From a virus (lineage: Duplodnaviria; Caudoviricetes), in IMG/VR virus record IMGVR_UViG_3300032233_001217, positions 1 to 25,421 of that record: a stretch of DNA of 25,421 nt; one strand, 5' to 3'. Below, in pieces: positions 24,592 to 25,421 of the stretch. A model generated the notes under the pieces. The model did not search any database, had not been told where the DNA came from, and was given only the letters and a program-made list of their open reading frames with translations. How positions within the stretch are numbered: position 1 is the stretch's first letter; each line of letters starts with the position of its first letter. The translations under genes and the position numbers were made by a program.

Positions 24592-24634
24592 GCGTCCCCT
24601 TGGCCCCCACGACTTACGCCGCAGGGGCCAAGGG
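24589..24634 (-). other. 46-nt hairpin insert interrupting the terL Walker A motif (candidate translational bypass element)
   Basis: AAG AAA AAT [CCCTTGGCCCCTGCGGC GTAA GTCGTGGGGGCCAAGGG GACGC AAC] GGC AAG TCA ACT. Removing 46 nt restores IPKKNGKST. Confidence 0.85.
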
Positions 24635-24904
24635 ATTTTTCTTCGGTATCTCGATGTATGCCTGGCGGTACTGTCGCGTACCGTCCGGCTTACACCGGCC
24701 GAAGATTTCTCCTAGGACGTACCTCTGCCATGGGAGCAGCAGGAAAGGCTGCCCGGCCGTCTGGCCTTTGGAGTGCTTGAGCACCTTCTCGAAGAAGGCG
24801 TACACCCGCTCGGCCTTGGCTTTGTCGAAGCCGGGCCGACTCTCACCCGTGGGCGGTGAAGAACTCTTCAAGCTCGTCTTTTTTGACTTCGACTTGCGTG
24901 GCAA
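24635..24904 (-). CDS. terL: Terminase large subunit, 5' segment (start uncertain)
   Basis: DKAKAERVYAFFEKVLKHSKGQTAGQPFLLLPWQ..LGEIFG...RQYRQAYIEIPKKN is the typical Terminase_1 N-terminus. Without recoding it ends PLAPAA-stop at 24614. Candidate starts are TTG 24904, TTG 24871 and GTG 24805. Confidence 0.85.
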
Positions 24905-25310
24905 GTTTCGTCCTCGACGACGGGGTCAGACCGAACTCGCTTAACAGCGACGCCTTCTGCGAGACGAGCGACCGATACATCGGCCCGGCCGGGTTTGGCT
25001 TCACGCCTCCCAAGTCGGTGTGCATCACAGCGCCGCCGGCCCGCAGCTGCAGCAGGCACGACTGCTCGGCCGAGTGCACCTCGCACAGCGTGGCCAACGC
25101 CTCGCCATCGCCCAACGTCAAGACTCCCATGCGGGTCAAGATGCCGGCGAGCTCGTGCCACTTCTCCACGGCGACCTGGTCCACCTCGAGCCGCTTTGGC
25201 ATCGGCGGAATGCCAGGCGGCAGGCTCGGCTCGACCTTGCGTTCCCCGCGATCGGTTCCCTCAAGAATCTTCAGAGCGGTGGGCTTGGGTCTGCGGCCGG
25301 CTTTAGCCAT
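24843..25310 (-). CDS. terS: Terminase small subunit, P27 family
   Basis: GRRPKPTALKILEG...AVEKWHEL...GVLTLGDGEALATLC...NPA...EFGLTPSSRTKL. SD TAAGGAG. Confidence 0.92.
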   Translation of the reverse strand: MAKAGRRPKPTALKILEGTDRGERKVEPSLPPGIPPMPKRLEVDQVAVEKWHELAGILTRMGVLTLGDGEALATLCEVHSAEQSCLLQLRAGGAVMHTDLGGVKPNPAGPMYRSLVSQKASLLSEFGLTPSSRTKLATQVEVKKDELEEFFTAHG

Positions 25311-25331
25311 GGCGGCCTACTCCTTAGCGGC

Positions 25332-25347
25332 ACAAATAGCGTGCCAA
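25332..25347 (-). promoter_or_regulatory. Possible second sigma-54-like element upstream of terS
   Basis: TTGGCACG-CTAT-TTGT has one mismatch at -12 and shares ATTTGGCACG with the 4918-4933 site. The predicted +1 would fall within the SD, so this is uncertain. Confidence 0.3.
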
Positions 25348-25421
25348 ATCGTGTGAGAAAAACCCCGGCGATTTCGATGCCGCGCACGCGCGGTGGCCCT
25401 GACGAGGTTTATATCGGTTCA

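Noticed and set aside
24589-24634. terL insert as a group I/II intron or intein
   Set aside because: 46 nt is far too short for a self-splicing core. It contains an in-frame stop and shifts the frame, which excludes an intein.
24635-24643. -1 frameshift at AAG AAA AAT stimulated by the hairpin
   Set aside because: The terminase continues in the +1 frame, and the -1 frame encodes unrelated sequence. The hairpin also abuts the codon with no spacer. Stop readthrough stays in the wrong frame too (the 24086-24610 ORF).
24878-24884. A AAA AAG heptamer producing a TerS-TerL fusion
   Set aside because: The heptamer is phased in the terL frame, so a -1 slip leads into the terS frame and stops. A fusion would need an unsupported +1 event. 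The true terL start remains unresolved.
25311-25421. cos site upstream of terS
   Set aside because: Plausible by position for a P27-type terminase, but no specific cohesive-end sequence can be identified and the window ends here.

Overview
A 25.4-kb piece of a GC-rich, probably temperate siphovirus-type tailed phage with an HK97-type head. Every gene except a tyrosine integrase is on the minus strand. Read in the direction of transcription (right to left): terS, an interrupted terL, portal, a multidomain prohead protease, an Ogr/Delta-like Zn finger, major capsid protein, a decoration protein, a glycosyltransferase, neck and tail genes with a classic -1 tail-chaperone frameshift, a short tape measure, a small Cys-rich tail-tip cluster, a peptidase/phosphoesterase/Nmad1/Mom-like module, integrase with a divergent Xis-like HTH, and early genes (RecT-like, HNH-AP2, HTH, ParB-Dam MTase, and a replication initiator with a lambda-like ori, cut by the window edge). 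The main finding is a 46-nt insert that splits terL inside its Walker A motif (IPKKN|GKST). The insert folds into an uninterrupted 17-bp hairpin with G.U pairs and a GUAA loop holding the in-frame stop, and sits between matched Asn codons (AAU...AAC). This makes it a candidate translational bypassing (ribosome hop) element. Other signals are an orphan duplicate of the protease C-terminus beside a swapped C-terminal extension, a consensus sigma-54 promoter upstream of a GGA-rich CsrA-type RNA, CsrA-like hairpins at the capsid start, and three copies of a 16-bp operator-like motif. All product calls come from motif recognition by eye. No database searches were run.
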